Part shown: positions 11,004 to 24,800 of the stretch, in pieces
Position numbering within the stretch: position 1 is the stretch's first letter
Layout: each line of letters opens with the position of its first letter
Assembly: GCA_046563655.1 (NCBI GenBank)
Contig: CM102290.1
Coordinates: forward strand, 8,680,001 to 8,744,000
Direction of reading: 5' to 3'
Length of the DNA: 64,000 bases
Source: Yuukianura sp. NJ FZ-2021
Lineage: Eukaryota
Notes under the pieces: model-generated
What the model was told of the DNA's origin: nothing
The model's database searches: none
The model's input: the letters and a program-made list of their open reading frames with translations, nothing else
Translations under genes and position numbers: made by a program

Positions 11004-14000
11004 CCTTGCCAAAAGTGTGAGACCTTTCAGGTCAATCTAATTAACAGTTTGCCAATTTGCACACTCACTGAATCCCAATCAGCCCAGCGAAACAACAGTA
11101 GTCTGTCATTAACACTGTGATCGTAAGTCCAGGTCCTATCGGGTTACGGTCGGATGGTGGGTGGGCAGGATGCTCCCGCGTTACCCGGAATCGGCATTTG
11201 AAAATGACGCCCCGGTTGGACCATTGATTGTTCAAAACATCCAAATTATGACATGATGTTCATGTTCTAAGCAAGTCCGTTGCTGGATGGCTGGAGCTCA
11301 ATGGAACAATTCACCAAGAGAACTCAATAGGAATCGTGATGAGACATGGAACTGTAATTTTGAATCACAAAACAATAATACATGTCGTCAGTGACAACAG
11401 TTCTATTCAGAAGCCCACACACAAAACGAATTCCTAATTAAATTGTTAGATTAGCACCAACTCCGGAGTTGAGTCGCTATCCAGTGTCGCTTTGGCGTGA
11501 CTTTTCACACCTCTACCAAGTTGCTGCGTCAAGCCGACATAAAAAAATAAGTGTATCAAGTTTCACCGAAGGCCCTGACCATCCTTGACATTATCGTCCT
11601 TGTACCTAAAACCTAAGAAACGCGAAACCAATTTTTGACATTAAAAAGCTGCAAATTAAGAAAATTTCAGAAAATTCTACCTATTAAATTATACTTTATG
11701 CTACGTCTACATTGGTATTCTTGCAGTGCGTATGTCACTTCCAGCGACATCCAAGTACTATTGTCCACTTTTTTTCAGTATGTTGAGTTACCTTATCTTC
11801 TGGGCGACACTAATCGAGCAATACCGCAACTGGTGTGCGTTTGTCACTAATGTCGTCGCTACTTTACCAGTGCTTACTGGTTTTCTGGAGGTGTTCGCCA
11901 CGTTGCGTCGATATTGAGCAAACAAGAAACGAGTCACTTAAGCATGTATTGTTAGATGGCGTACCCGCTGTATAACACTGCAAGTAACTTTCTCTTGCCA
12001 AAAAGTTTAAGGGCAAGTTATAAATTTGCAGTAGAAGTACGTTAATTTTTATAATGCAGCTTTTAGCATAAAATTTGTATTGCCTATTTTTTATGGTAAT
12101 AATAATTGTAGAAATTCAGTACGTACGGGAATCATGTATCTCCGAATTGTGTTTTCCAAAAAATTGAACTCTAGGTTGAAATTCTTCAAAAGTTTACTTG
12201 GTGAAAGCTGGTATGGTTTTAACCCAACTGGCAACGTGGCAACATTATTAACCCTAAACCTTTAGGTTTGTTTCATGGCTGGATTAGGGACAAACAGTAT
12301 TGAAATTTTCCGCTGTTACTTTCCACATCTTTGTTTTTGTAGCTGGACATGACCTGGGATTTCAGCGGAGAGCACATCTCAACCTGGACTTAAGAATGCG
12401 TGAACGAAGTATGTAACCACCCAATTGGAATTGAATGCTTATGGTGAGGGAGATTAGGACAATGGTTTCCTCCTATTGGCCATAGTAATCCTCCATTACA
12501 AAATTTGTTGTGGTTTACCATTTCTCAGAATTTGTTACAACGCATCAAAGTTAACGTAACCAAGTCACAAGTGTGACAGGGGCTACGCAATTCCCACCAC
12601 AACTACAAACCACTTGTGTTGCCAAAGAACGGAAATATTTTGAAGTCGTCATGACTTTCGGTTTTTGGACTTTGCTCAAAAACCCGCAATTGCCGTGATG
12701 TCACAACAGAGACTCTGCGTACTTGGTCACAATTGATGCAGACGTAATTCATTACAGCGAGTAATTGAAGAATGACATCAATCATGGCTTTTTTCGAACT
12801 GGAGCTGAACAAAACAGAACCTTGTATTTTCACCGCTCAACATCATGATGTCACAAGTTACCAAACGCATTTGGCTTTAACATTGCTAAATTCTATGCCT
12901 GAAAAATGTTGAGGCTACTTTAAAATCTTTTAAACCCGAAGATGATTCAACATAAAACGTAGTTTAGTAATAGCTTTACTTGGAACAAAATCGTAGTCAG
13001 AATTATTTTCCTATTTTGATACAAACACCTTGCAAAATTTTTACGCCGTTACAACGTTCCGCCAGTGCTAACCGCATTTGATGGTTGATTGACAAGCTTG
13101 TCTTAATCCAGTTCTTTGGACTTTGTCATCTCTAGCACCTGACTCACTTGACCTGTACGAATCTTCAAGTGTTTGTGTTCATATACACTTAGGTTGCGTT
13201 GTCGTTGTCCTCCAATTGGAAATCCAATGTCTCACTTAGCCATCGTTAGTGGCTGAAGAGGACATACTTCAGAGGTCAACTCCTCAAAAGTTGCTTATGG
13301 CAAGCGTCTAACCTCTTCAAAATAATGATGCAATAGGCATCAGTATTCTATCTAATATAAAGCAAAGCCATAGTTCTGCAAAGAATTGATGAACATTCTT
13401 TTAACATCTACGCCGCCCCGTGTCTTAATGAAACTGTTTTTAATCGAGAATCGAAAACTGACTGAGTTAAACATAGGGTTTAAAGCACTTCAAATTTACC
13501 CCAACCACATTTACGATTTAAAGCACGATGTAAAAGAGTAAGGAATTTTGCGTCGTATTATTGAAAGCGTGTCGTATATTGATCATTTTCAATATTGAAA
13601 ATTCGATGAAACGAAAACTAAGGCAATGTAAATGCTACCGAGTTACATTCCCAATCAAGCTCAATATTGATTTACTTTATAGGTTTTCCTCGGTTTTGTT
13701 CAAAAATTTCAATGAACATAACGAAAATAATAATTAACGAAAATGGGACGAAAACAAAGAATAACGACAATAAGTATAAGTACAAACGTATAAGCACCAT
13801 CCAGTTCAACTTTTAATTAATATACGATGCTAAGAAATTATTGTTGTTGTTTTTTCGAATTTTTTTTTCATTGTAGTACATAGTACGAACAAGTTGCAGA
13901 TAAACATACAACAAAATTGTGGGTTAAAATAAAAACTAACAAAATTATTGTCTAAAAATGCAGTAATTTTACTATTTACCCAAGCAGGCAAATTGCGAAT

Positions 14001-15864
14001 TAAGTTCTATCATCTACAAATTTTGGAAGTCAGGCATTTTGCCCTCAACTTTTTTTTTATTGCTGACCAGCAAACATTGGCTCATGGAATCCGCGGTAAA
14101 GAGAACGTATAGATACAACTCGCGTTTTTGCAACGTTCTAGAAGTTAATTAAATGCATTGGATTAAATCAATGAAGTATTTTGTTGCAAACATAATTAAA
14201 GTCAGTGTCATAGCTTCTCGTAAGTACTAATACGCAAAACACAAAAAGTATCTACTATTGTTATGACTACCAGATCACGGAGGTCATTCACCTCATGCTA
14301 CCAAATTAATCTGCAAATTTGCCTAATCACAATGAAGTGAATCAGTTTAGAAGTAAACTGACAATTTGACAAACGTGGTTTCCTGGAAGCATGACCATTG
14401 TCAAAGTTGTATACTAGAACCAAAACATTGTCAGTGGAAAATTTAGTTTGTTATTATTGTTTGGAAAGTTTATTGACAGTGAGGCTCACATTTGTTATTT
14501 TGATTTCGTTCATACTGGAATAGTTGGTCATTGTTTTCATTCGACTTTTGACCCTGACTCGATCCTTGTTCATATCACGGAAGACTACTAGTACTGTTTG
14601 GTCCAAGACTAAGATGAGTAATCGGAGGATCTTTTTAATCTGGCAAGTCTCGAGACTTAACTTGACAATGTTATTTAGTGTATCAAAACAAAACCAAATG
14701 ATGGTAATAAAATAGCTACTATTATTATTCCATACTTAACTAACAACAACAAGGAAGACATTCACTCCTAATAAGTTCATGCCTTGTGTTAGGCACTTTG
14801 AGCTTAATAATCTCTTTGAGTATCGTTATGAACTTTCCTAATCCGTATCACTATTAAGTCGCCTAATTACTGGTTATAAATAGTGTGTGGTAGAGGTGTG
14901 ACAACGCGTAGAACCATGCTGACAACCGACGAGACGATAAAATTTAATAAAATTTACAGTCAACCACCTTCAAAACTGTTTTTTTCAAAGAGTTAAAAAC
15001 TTGAAACCGACATATTTTCGTAGCTTTGTGTTAATAGGGAATTTTATAAACAAAAAAAATATTTCCGCTGAATGTGACAAACGTTTTGATCTATCCAGGA
15101 AACGTTTCGTTTGGGTTTAAATTGAGTGGAGTTGGTTTTCCCTTGAGAGGGAAACTTTCGGAATTTGAATTTGAAACGTTTTGCGTTTTGGTTTGAGCGG
15201 GAAGTTTGAAATTTGAATTTGTGACAAAGTGTAATTACCAGTGGGTGTGGAATTTTGGAGTAGAAGAGTATGGGCAGTATTATGAGAACCATATCCTGTA
15301 CTACTAGTAGTACCACCGTGACTTTGCTTACTCCCTGTGTTCCCCACCTCATTCCACCATTAGTACAACTTGAATTGGACACAGACTATACTTACCGTGA
15401 GACGTCTCAGTATACACACGACAGTCACATCATCAAGTACTCGCTCCTCACAATACCTATTCTTCAAGGACTACCACTTACCCCCACAGTTGAACAATTA
15501 TTGTTCAAACGCCATTACTCCAATCATCTGTTCAGAACATCGTCATGACCAGTGGACGTGACCCCAACTGCCCTTTTGGACCAAGTCGGGACGTGAGCTA
15601 TTTTTAACAAACTACAAGTTAGTCACACAGCAGACAGCAGTCGTCTAGTGCTTTGCTCAAGTCAGTTGTTTCTTGGGTAAAGGAACTCACTTTGAAAGTT
15701 TAGTTTACCATAACAAGGACGAAGAAGGAAGTTAGGACGTACTGAATTGCCGTTACAGTTATTCTTTTTGCAAGTCCAAGACGAAGGGCGGATACAAAGC
15801 AGTCAACTGTTGATGAAATTGTTGGCAAAGTAGAGCAACCGAACCGAAGTGAACTTACGCCAAC

Positions 15865-18800
15865 ATGAACTCCATTCGAAAATGGCTGTATAAGCCCAAG
15901 GTAATTGACTTTCCAATTTGGTACGTAGAACTATTATACAGTGGTAGACTGAGCAAATAGGAAGAAGTTACGCTCAATACTTCCTTATCAATAATTCGTC
16001 AATAACTACTGTTTATTTGGAGTCAGATTTCTCGGGTGTTGTTTTCGGGTAGGTCAATAACAGATATGGTCTAAGACATTAATTGCAATGAGACAAAACA
16101 ATGACCAATGTTATGTATGATATTGTTATTATAGTGTCCTTGCTAGTACACCCACACTACGTAACTTAAGGCGTAAACCGTGGTGTTGCACAGAGAGTAT
16201 CGTCTGTAATTTGTTTTTATTTTTTGGAAATGTTCAAAGTTCCAGGTTAGTTGCTACTTAGAAGTATACACAACGTTGCAAGTATAGCCAGGTTAAATCA
16301 GGATCCAAACTAATTTCGTTTGCTTCTAGAAAACACATATAAGTGGAATTACTGATTGTAGAGGTGGTGGAATACTAATTTCTGACAACATTCAAGGAGT
16401 GTTTAGACATTGGATGTGTTAAATGTATAGTGCATGAGGTTAATATCCCTTATTTTTGTGTCTTCAAAGTATACTGTGTCTTCTATGTGTAGTAATTAGA
16501 GCAGTCGATTATTGATGTGTTAGGAAAAGTAGGATAAATCCGCTCTAGGTCGTTGGTTTACGCCATAATTATTTTCCCGTTAAGTCTTAGTGAAGGCGGA
16601 AGTGTAGTTTTCCATTCAACTTTGTTTTTCAAATCCTTCATTTCATCTTAAAGTGTTTAGGTTTAGACTGGTACGTGGAACGATGAGATGCAATTTGATT
16701 GGCACGTGACTTAACACCTTTGTGCCAAGTCAACCGAATTCCGCACGTTGCCTCAGATTCTGATCGTTGGTGGTGATTCTGATCATCAGCAGGCGTTTTA
16801 GCCTAAGTAGAAATCACCGTTAGACTATTTAGTATCATTATTTTCCAAACTGTTTCGTAAATTGATTTGTAGTGTCAAGGAACAGTGAACAATACAGTGC
16901 AGGTAGTTGTGTTAGTCTGCTTTCAGTTAACGTTATGCTAGGATTCCTTGCTAGAAAATATTGATTTTGGGTATTGAGTTGCAATTGACCTGGTTGGAAG
17001 TCAATGTTAGTCCGATTACGGGGATAAGGTATTATCCTGTCATTAACTTGCCGATTTCTAGCTTAATGATTAACTGTGAATCTTTTAAGATCAAAATGTT
17101 GAAATGTTGCTAAACCTGACCAGATTGTACCACGGTCACTGTCCAGTGGATCAGTCATCACCAGTTCATGACTCATTGCGGGAAACTAATCTTGCACTAG
17201 ATTTCAGTTGCTGCAACTAAGCCAGAATGTACTATGTACTAACATTGGACTCTGACAATTCCAATGTAAGGTTTCTTTGGACTTTCACAAATCACAGGAC
17301 TCTCTCTTTGTTGCTGCTTGTCTCTTGGGAAATGATGAATCACGTCATCATCTCCTTGTTGAACCGAATTGAAAATCGGATTTGAGATTTTGCAATATTC
17401 TTCTCTGGTCATAAATATTTCTTTTCTTTTGAATTCTCCGTTCTGTTTCTCCTGCTGCAAACTTTTTGTGATGCTGGCGCATCTTCGAATCTACGTTTCA
17501 TCTTATTCTTAAATTTTAATGGCTTCTGGTTGTTTCAAATGTCGAAATTCAAAAGTGAAATGTACAAATCCTAAAGATTGGAACAAGTGGGACTGTGACA
17601 GGTTGGTTTAAATCGTTCGTTACTACGCCATTCCGTTGGACTTCACACGCATTTTGGATTTATTACTATTACGTTGAACAAAAATTACGTTATAAAAGTT
17701 AGTAACGGTAGAGAAACAGGGACACTGATGAACATAAAGCAAGTTCTTTTGACTGTAAATATGAACAGTACTACTATATTTCATCGTCGCGTATTGTTGC
17801 TCAATTGGTCATGGTTTGCTTATAACTTTTGAAGATGGGGAAATGGTGGGCTGGGTGGGATTGGGATGTTGCAGTATTCACGATCCTCGTCGATTCTGTT
17901 GTTCGTAGAAGTTTGACTGCTGGTCGGTTTACTCTGTAACTACAAATTCTACTTTTCTTTGACTCTATAAACCCATTGTTCATTTTGAGGAATAAGGTTT
18001 CTCTTTACCACCGCCAACATCACCTAAATTCACAGTTAAATTCACAGAACAAAAAAAAGTAGTTGACCCGTTTCCCGCTGTTGCCATACATACTTACTAA
18101 GCCCAAACGAGCCCCATTTTTTGTTTATGAGTACTTGAATTAACGTAAATGGAGGCTCTATGGGTCCTTATGAGCAGGCATTCGGAATTGGATCGGATGT
18201 CAAGTACCGACAACTACGAAAATTTCAGGTACCGAATTCGGTAGCTGCTAAAATAGCATGATTTTTTTTGTAAAGTAAATACATGATGAGCGGTGATACG
18301 TGATGACGATTCATATTAAAAATTTTTAGCCGAAATGTTAGAACCAAGGGCGTGGGTTTTTCTTGCAACGCTTACAACGTTTTATCCGACTTTTTTAAAC
18401 ATATTCATCATAATCTTGTACTAAGCTGGAAAAAGTTAAGGAAAATTTAATGGTATCGGAATAATTTAAAGTAGTTTTCTATTCGAACCGAAGTGCGGAA
18501 TTATTAAAATATTTATATTTAGTAGTTTGGATATCGATTCGGCTTTTGAGCAATAAAATAATTGCTAGGACCTGGGTATCTTCTTTTGCCAAGTTTTCAA
18601 CACTACAACTTTGACATTTCGTCTTTTCGTCAGCAGTTTTTGGCATTTGGCTCCTAATCTATGCCAAGCGGACGTTTAGCCGTTCGTATTTGAATAACAA
18701 TTAAGGAAAATTTGAAGCGTGCGCCAGAGTCATTTTGCGGCTTTTGCAATTTTTTTGGTATTCGTAGAAATCAACATTCGATCCGAATCCAGAACTTATC

Positions 18801-21800
18801 TTTTATTTGGTTCGCCAGAAAGTCACTAGCCATTACTTCGCTCTCAGTTTTTCTTTCCAATAGTCATAACTTTTAATTTCGTTTTATTTTATTGTCTTAT
18901 TTGGCCTCGGTTGAATTGAACGAGAAATTATATTTTTCATGGATGTTTAAAGACTTTTGAAAAGTTTGACTTTGTTTTTCTAGGAGAGAGGTGAATATAA
19001 TTGAAGAAAGTTGGCAATTTTTTAAGCAAATCTAATTTTAACAGAGAAGTTATCGTCACTGGTGCATTGGATTCTATTTTTTTTTACTAGACGTCAGCAA
19101 AATCTTTTATTTCCTCTTTAGGTTTATAGACCCCATCAGCCTCCTCTGTATTTTTCTCCTAAGTTCTTGGATTCTGCCACCCATTACATTTATTTGACTT
19201 GTTTTCCAAGATCTAATCGAAGTTGCAAATAAAAGGATGCGGTGCTCTTTAGCGCACTTTAGAATATGAGATGTGGATCCGCTGAAGGTCTCCTTGGTGG
19301 CTCCAAGGACAGGGCAACGGGCACCAGGGTTAACGTAATCCCATATGCTTCTTTTTTGAATTTCCTAAGACTTATCAGCATTTCGTTATTGAGAAACCAG
19401 TTGGAACTTCAAAGGCAAAGTGTTTCTCTATATTTATTGACTAAAAAGAACCAGATTGTTGCTTGGGAGTGCTCTTGGTTTACAGCGAGTTTTTGCAAAC
19501 TTTCCCAAAAAACTCTTTTGAGTTGAGCAGGATCGTAACTAGGGGTCGCAAATCCGTGAGGGTTCAAACAAAATCCGAATTTGGTAATTTTTCGGATTTT
19601 TAAAAAAACAATCCGGATAAATAAATCCGTGGCCCGGACATTAAATTTCAACATGGAAAAGCGATGTGTTGAACACTTATTGCCAAGTGTACAAACAGTT
19701 TATTTTAGTTAACCATACTAAAAACTACAACATGATTTTTTGGAGGCTCTAAAGTCCCTCAACCCCACATACTATAACACAAGTGCAAGTTGCTCCATTG
19801 TTGGAAATGTCGCTGAAATTTAGATCGGACCACTGTCGGAAAAAGTTCGATATCGAAAATCGAAAACATACCGACAACATACCCACAACATACCGACAAC
19901 ATACCCACAACATACCGACAACATACCGACAACATACCGACAACATACCGACAACATACCGACAACATACCCACAACATACCGACAACATACCCACAACA
20001 TACCCACAACATACCGACAACATACCCACAACATACCGACAACATACCCACAACATACCGACAACATACCGACAACATACCGACAACATACCCACAACAT
20101 AACGACAACATACCCACAACATACCGACAACATACCCACAACATACCGACAACATACCGACAACATACCCACAACATACCGACAACATACCCACAACATA
20201 CCGACAACATACCCACAACATTAGTTAGTATTCCCATAATTAATTTTTTGAAACGGTTGAAAGATATTCCTCGTAAGTTTTCGACTGTTGTTTCTATCAC
20301 TTAAAAATTGGTCAAGTTTTTAAAACCATGATCCGGATCAGAAGGGAAAAAAATCCGTATTATGTAAACTTGGATCCGTCAAAAATCCGGATATCCGATC
20401 CGGATAAAAATCCGGATTGCGACCCCTAATCGTAACCCTGTAGTGCAAACCTTAAATTTAGATTCTAGGCAAAGCTCAGCAATGATAACATATTTTTAAA
20501 GTTTACTCCAATCAATGGTGGGTTTTGAGTTTTAAGGTGAAAAAGATAATTAGGAATAATGCATTGTTAGTGTAAAATAAATTTCCCAGGGACTAACGTT
20601 TGAATTCGTAATGGAGTTGCGGAATCCACTTCTGAATTTCCAATCAGATATGGATGAGTGTGTCTCAGATGTGGATTTGACATGGTGTGATGCTATTATT
20701 GGCAATGCAATGGGGGAACTAATTTATATGGAACTCATGTCGTGCGATGGTGTGAATGTGATGTCAGCACTACAACAGTAGCTCAAGTTGAAATGCAGTC
20801 TATTGTTGTCGTTGTACAAAATTAATGTTGATTTTGGTTGAAAGGTTTTACTTTTCGGAGAAAACAGAGCCAAACACGGTCGGCGTCGGGCTTACACAAT
20901 GATTCTGCCATTTATGTTTCCTGGAATATGGTATAATTTATTCTCACTTTTCCAGTGAACAGGCTAAAGTGAAAGTTTTACGTTCATAGAATTTTATTTT
21001 TTAGAATTAGCACTAAATTTTATTGGTAAAATTAACTTTTCAGAAAGAATGAATGTACGTGAATGTTTTTTCGATTTTTGGAAACTCAAATTTTAGTGCT
21101 TGGTATGGAATTGATGTACAAGTTTCCGTGTAACCTTTGACCTCGATGGTCCATGCTATGAATGATGTCTTTGTTATGTGCTTCAAAAAGCCCTGAATGT
21201 TGGAGGCTTAACATTTAACAATGTGTCCTTTACGGTCCTATGGGTCAGAGTCCAAGCTTCCGCTACTTTTCTGAATGGATTTTGAAAATAACAATGACTA
21301 AAAACCTAACAAATGTCCAGAGGGAAGAGCCAACGCAATTAATTTGAGTAATACAAGTCAATGCATTTTGAGAAACCTGTTCGATGTTCGTGTTTAAACG
21401 TTGGGTTCTACTTATTAGAGACGCTAGGTTCCTTTATTTGAGTCAACTTGAGCATGCATTCCTGTTTTCTTTTTTCCTCTCACAGTCACAGTTTTCGAAT
21501 TGTAAATAACAGTGAAAGCGAGACGGAGGTGAGTCAAATTTCCACAACCCTAAACCAATGCGTCACGAATTTGGTGTCAATTTGAAACTTAAATTAGGAA
21601 TTTGAGACGAAGGCTATTGGAAATTCCAGTTCAATCTGCTTGTTTACCACAAAGAACTGCGTTTGGTCCAATCTGTCAGTACAATGAGCCCCCGGATTCA
21701 ATTTTTACCCAAAACAGCTTTTCTCAGAATGCAAAACAACAACAGCTTAACTTCAGCCGGATGCGAACCTGCAGTGTTATACTGATCAAATAATTTAGAA

Positions 21801-24800
21801 ATCCGGGCATTTGCGAAAAAAAAAAGTTGAATGAGTTTGGTGTAATGCGCGTCATTCCATGATTGTTGTAGAAATTGTTTCTGTTTATAGTGTTTTTTGT
21901 TTGCTCTGGGTGGACTTTAATCAGCGCTTGTTGCGAAATAGCGTCTAAATTCTGCTCAACCACAGACCAACTCAGTGAGTCATGCTCTCTGTACTTCGTC
22001 GTTTTTAGTCATGCTGAAGAGAGTAAAGATTTTACGTCATACTTTTTATGTGGTATAACACGACTTAAGCACTTAGAATTGTAAATTACAATTCTACGTT
22101 TACTTCTCTTCAACAAACGTATTACAATTTGTAATACGTTTCTTGAAGAGAAGCAAACTTTATAAATACAAAACAACGAAGTCATGATGCGGAGATGATT
22201 GTGGTGGACAGGGAGAGCTTTCTAATAAATGGTCTCAATTGTACTCACTTGTACTTTGTATTAAATAATTTTTAGGCATCCTTTGATGCAGAATGTGCGT
22301 TACAGGTTATAAGAATAGAACAGAGATGATGAAATGACCATGACCAAGGTTTAGCGTTATTATGCATTGACTACAGCTTACGATGAAAGTTGCTTTTGTG
22401 ATCTCATTTGATCAATTGATTGATTGACGTCTGTGATTGGTGATGACGCGTACGACTGAAACTCGAAAGAGATGCTTGAGCGTGTTTTATTTGATTTGGT
22501 TCGTGTTTTTCAGAAACAACTAATCTTTCAATTTTTATTTACATACTGGTCACTGTTTTTTTTCGGTGTTTTTGGTCATAAGACCAAACTTTGGACTGTG
22601 ATGAGTAGGTTTATCAGCGATGGCGTTGGTGGTGTTTTCGTGACTTTGATTTGATGAAATTATGGCTTCTTTTGCTTGCACTAGAATTATAGCATTTCCT
22701 ATAAAAAAAAAACAGCAAAGAGCAACGTGCAGTTGGACATGTTCGTAAATTTTAGATGAAATATTGGAATATTGCACATCACTCATCAAAGCTAGATTGT
22801 GCTAGTTCTTCCGAGTATTAATCTTACGTTACTCATAGATGCATAATCAGATTCTGATCATATTTCATGAGAAAGAAGTGATAAAACCATGATAGGTTTC
22901 ATGTGCCATTAGAGCCTGCTGCATTTATGCCAAAATCAAATTAAACCATGGTGTTAAATGGGTTTTAAATGGACAGGGACTTGGATTTCATTCGAACGGA
23001 GGAGACGTAATTGAAGGCATAACTGGTTGAAAGGCGTCTGGTACTTTTAATTGAGAAGTCTATTAAGAAATATAGGGCGATCCTTTCTTCCTGGATTGTA
23101 AATTTTTTGGGCCACGCGGGAAAGTTCAATGCTCCAATTGCAATTTAAATGTTTGAGTTATGGTGAGAAGGACAAGCCCTGTTGTATCTCTTGATCACAA
23201 TTTTGTAATTAAAGTTGAAAAGTTATAGTGTGGTGTTCAATCCTAATATACTCTGAATACCACTGTGTGAGCCGTTTCTTACGAACTTATGAAATGAATG
23301 AGTATACAAGGTCCCCTACTGAAATAAGACTGGTTTTGGGACGAAACTTTAACAGTGGAGGTCATCCGAAAAAATCTTGGGATGGGATTGAATTATGAGC
23401 AGGGATGTCAAACGCATGCACACATATTACATGTTTTTAAACCATACAATTAATTTTTTCTAAAAGTCGTATGACACTAAACGGATTTAACTTGTGCTGG
23501 AAATAGGTCGATTTGACCTTACTATGACCTATTGAATGAGCACTTAGAAGATTGCATATTTTTTCGTCATCTGATCTGCAGCTGGGATAGCTTGCACAAA
23601 ACTGTGTAGCCAGTTATGAAGGTCCAGTACGCTTGAAATGGATGGCATGTGCCATTCGTTTATTGCAACATAGCTTGCAACACACCTTAGGATACCTAAG
23701 GTAATTTTAATAGTTTTAAGCTCTGGAAAGTATCTTGTAACAGCAAGTTAGTCTAAGCTTCCAGTAAATATTCTATTTTTAGTGAATATATTTGTGCATA
23801 TTTCTGGGTTTTCGGTAGATATTTAAATAAAATTTCTGCGGTTATTTAGAACATATGTTTGACATCCCCTATTACGAATGAGTTACGAACGAGCTATGTA
23901 GTCTGTTCCATTTCTACTTGTACGTGTGAAAGCGAGGAACGGAATGTTACATAATACGTATTACGTCAAAAATATGTTGAGGCAAAGCTATGTATTACTA
24001 GGCTCTGAAAGTTGAACTTGAACTGAGGTCAAGGTGACCTCCGCCGACTCATTTGTTAAAAATTTTAAGCCTTTTCTAGACTGAATTTGATCGAATTTTG
24101 GTTTAATTAAAAATTGAACGAAGCTTCCGGGAGTTTTCGGAATGCAGCTAATCATTTTCCCTATTCCGGAATGTCTCTTCAAAGCTTCCTTGACATTTGA
24201 CCGGGATTTTTTCTATACTTTTAAAAGGCTAACTTCTAACTATAGCTGTTGACTGCTCCACTTTTAATGGAAGTGTGAAGTAGGTTACGTTGATTGCAGA
24301 AAGTACGACAGGAGTGGCGAACTTGTACATCATGTCCGTTTTATTGGCCAAAGTAAGTGAAAATTGGAATAAAATGGTTTCAAGCTATCCACTGCATGTT
24401 TCCCACAGTATTGTTAGTTTTTTTTTATACTTCGTGCCTAATTTTAATCTGTAATTATTTTAATAACGATAACCTTATTCGTATTCTAAGTTTACGGAAA
24501 CTTATTCATTGTAATTCCCTGCCGCCTTCCTGGTATTGAATTATGAGAAGGAATTATTTATGAGAACCAAGAGCATCTGAATGACATATAGCGTAAATTT
24601 TAATTTCTTATTGTTTATTCCTTTGCAGAATGTTTGTTTCCACTTTGCTGTTTTTGAAGTATGGTGATTCGATGTTAAATATTATTTTCCAGAAAATTCT
24701 GTATGAACGGTTTCGTCACTTCACTTTGCAAATATTTGTTTGGAAATTCAAACTTTGAATATCTATGTCCGGTAGAATCTATGAGATTTAGTTCCGTTGA

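Noticed and set aside
15044..15561. ORFs of 63-112 aa upstream of the lst-2 start
   Set aside because: Probable promoter/5'-UTR sequence with no protein-like features; a uORF role cannot be supported without a mapped transcription start.
19749..20304. Four long overlapping ORFs (133-183 aa) and a CRISPR-like appearance
   Set aside because: All derive from the 11-bp minisatellite; there are no unique spacers and no cas genes, and the context is a eukaryotic intron.
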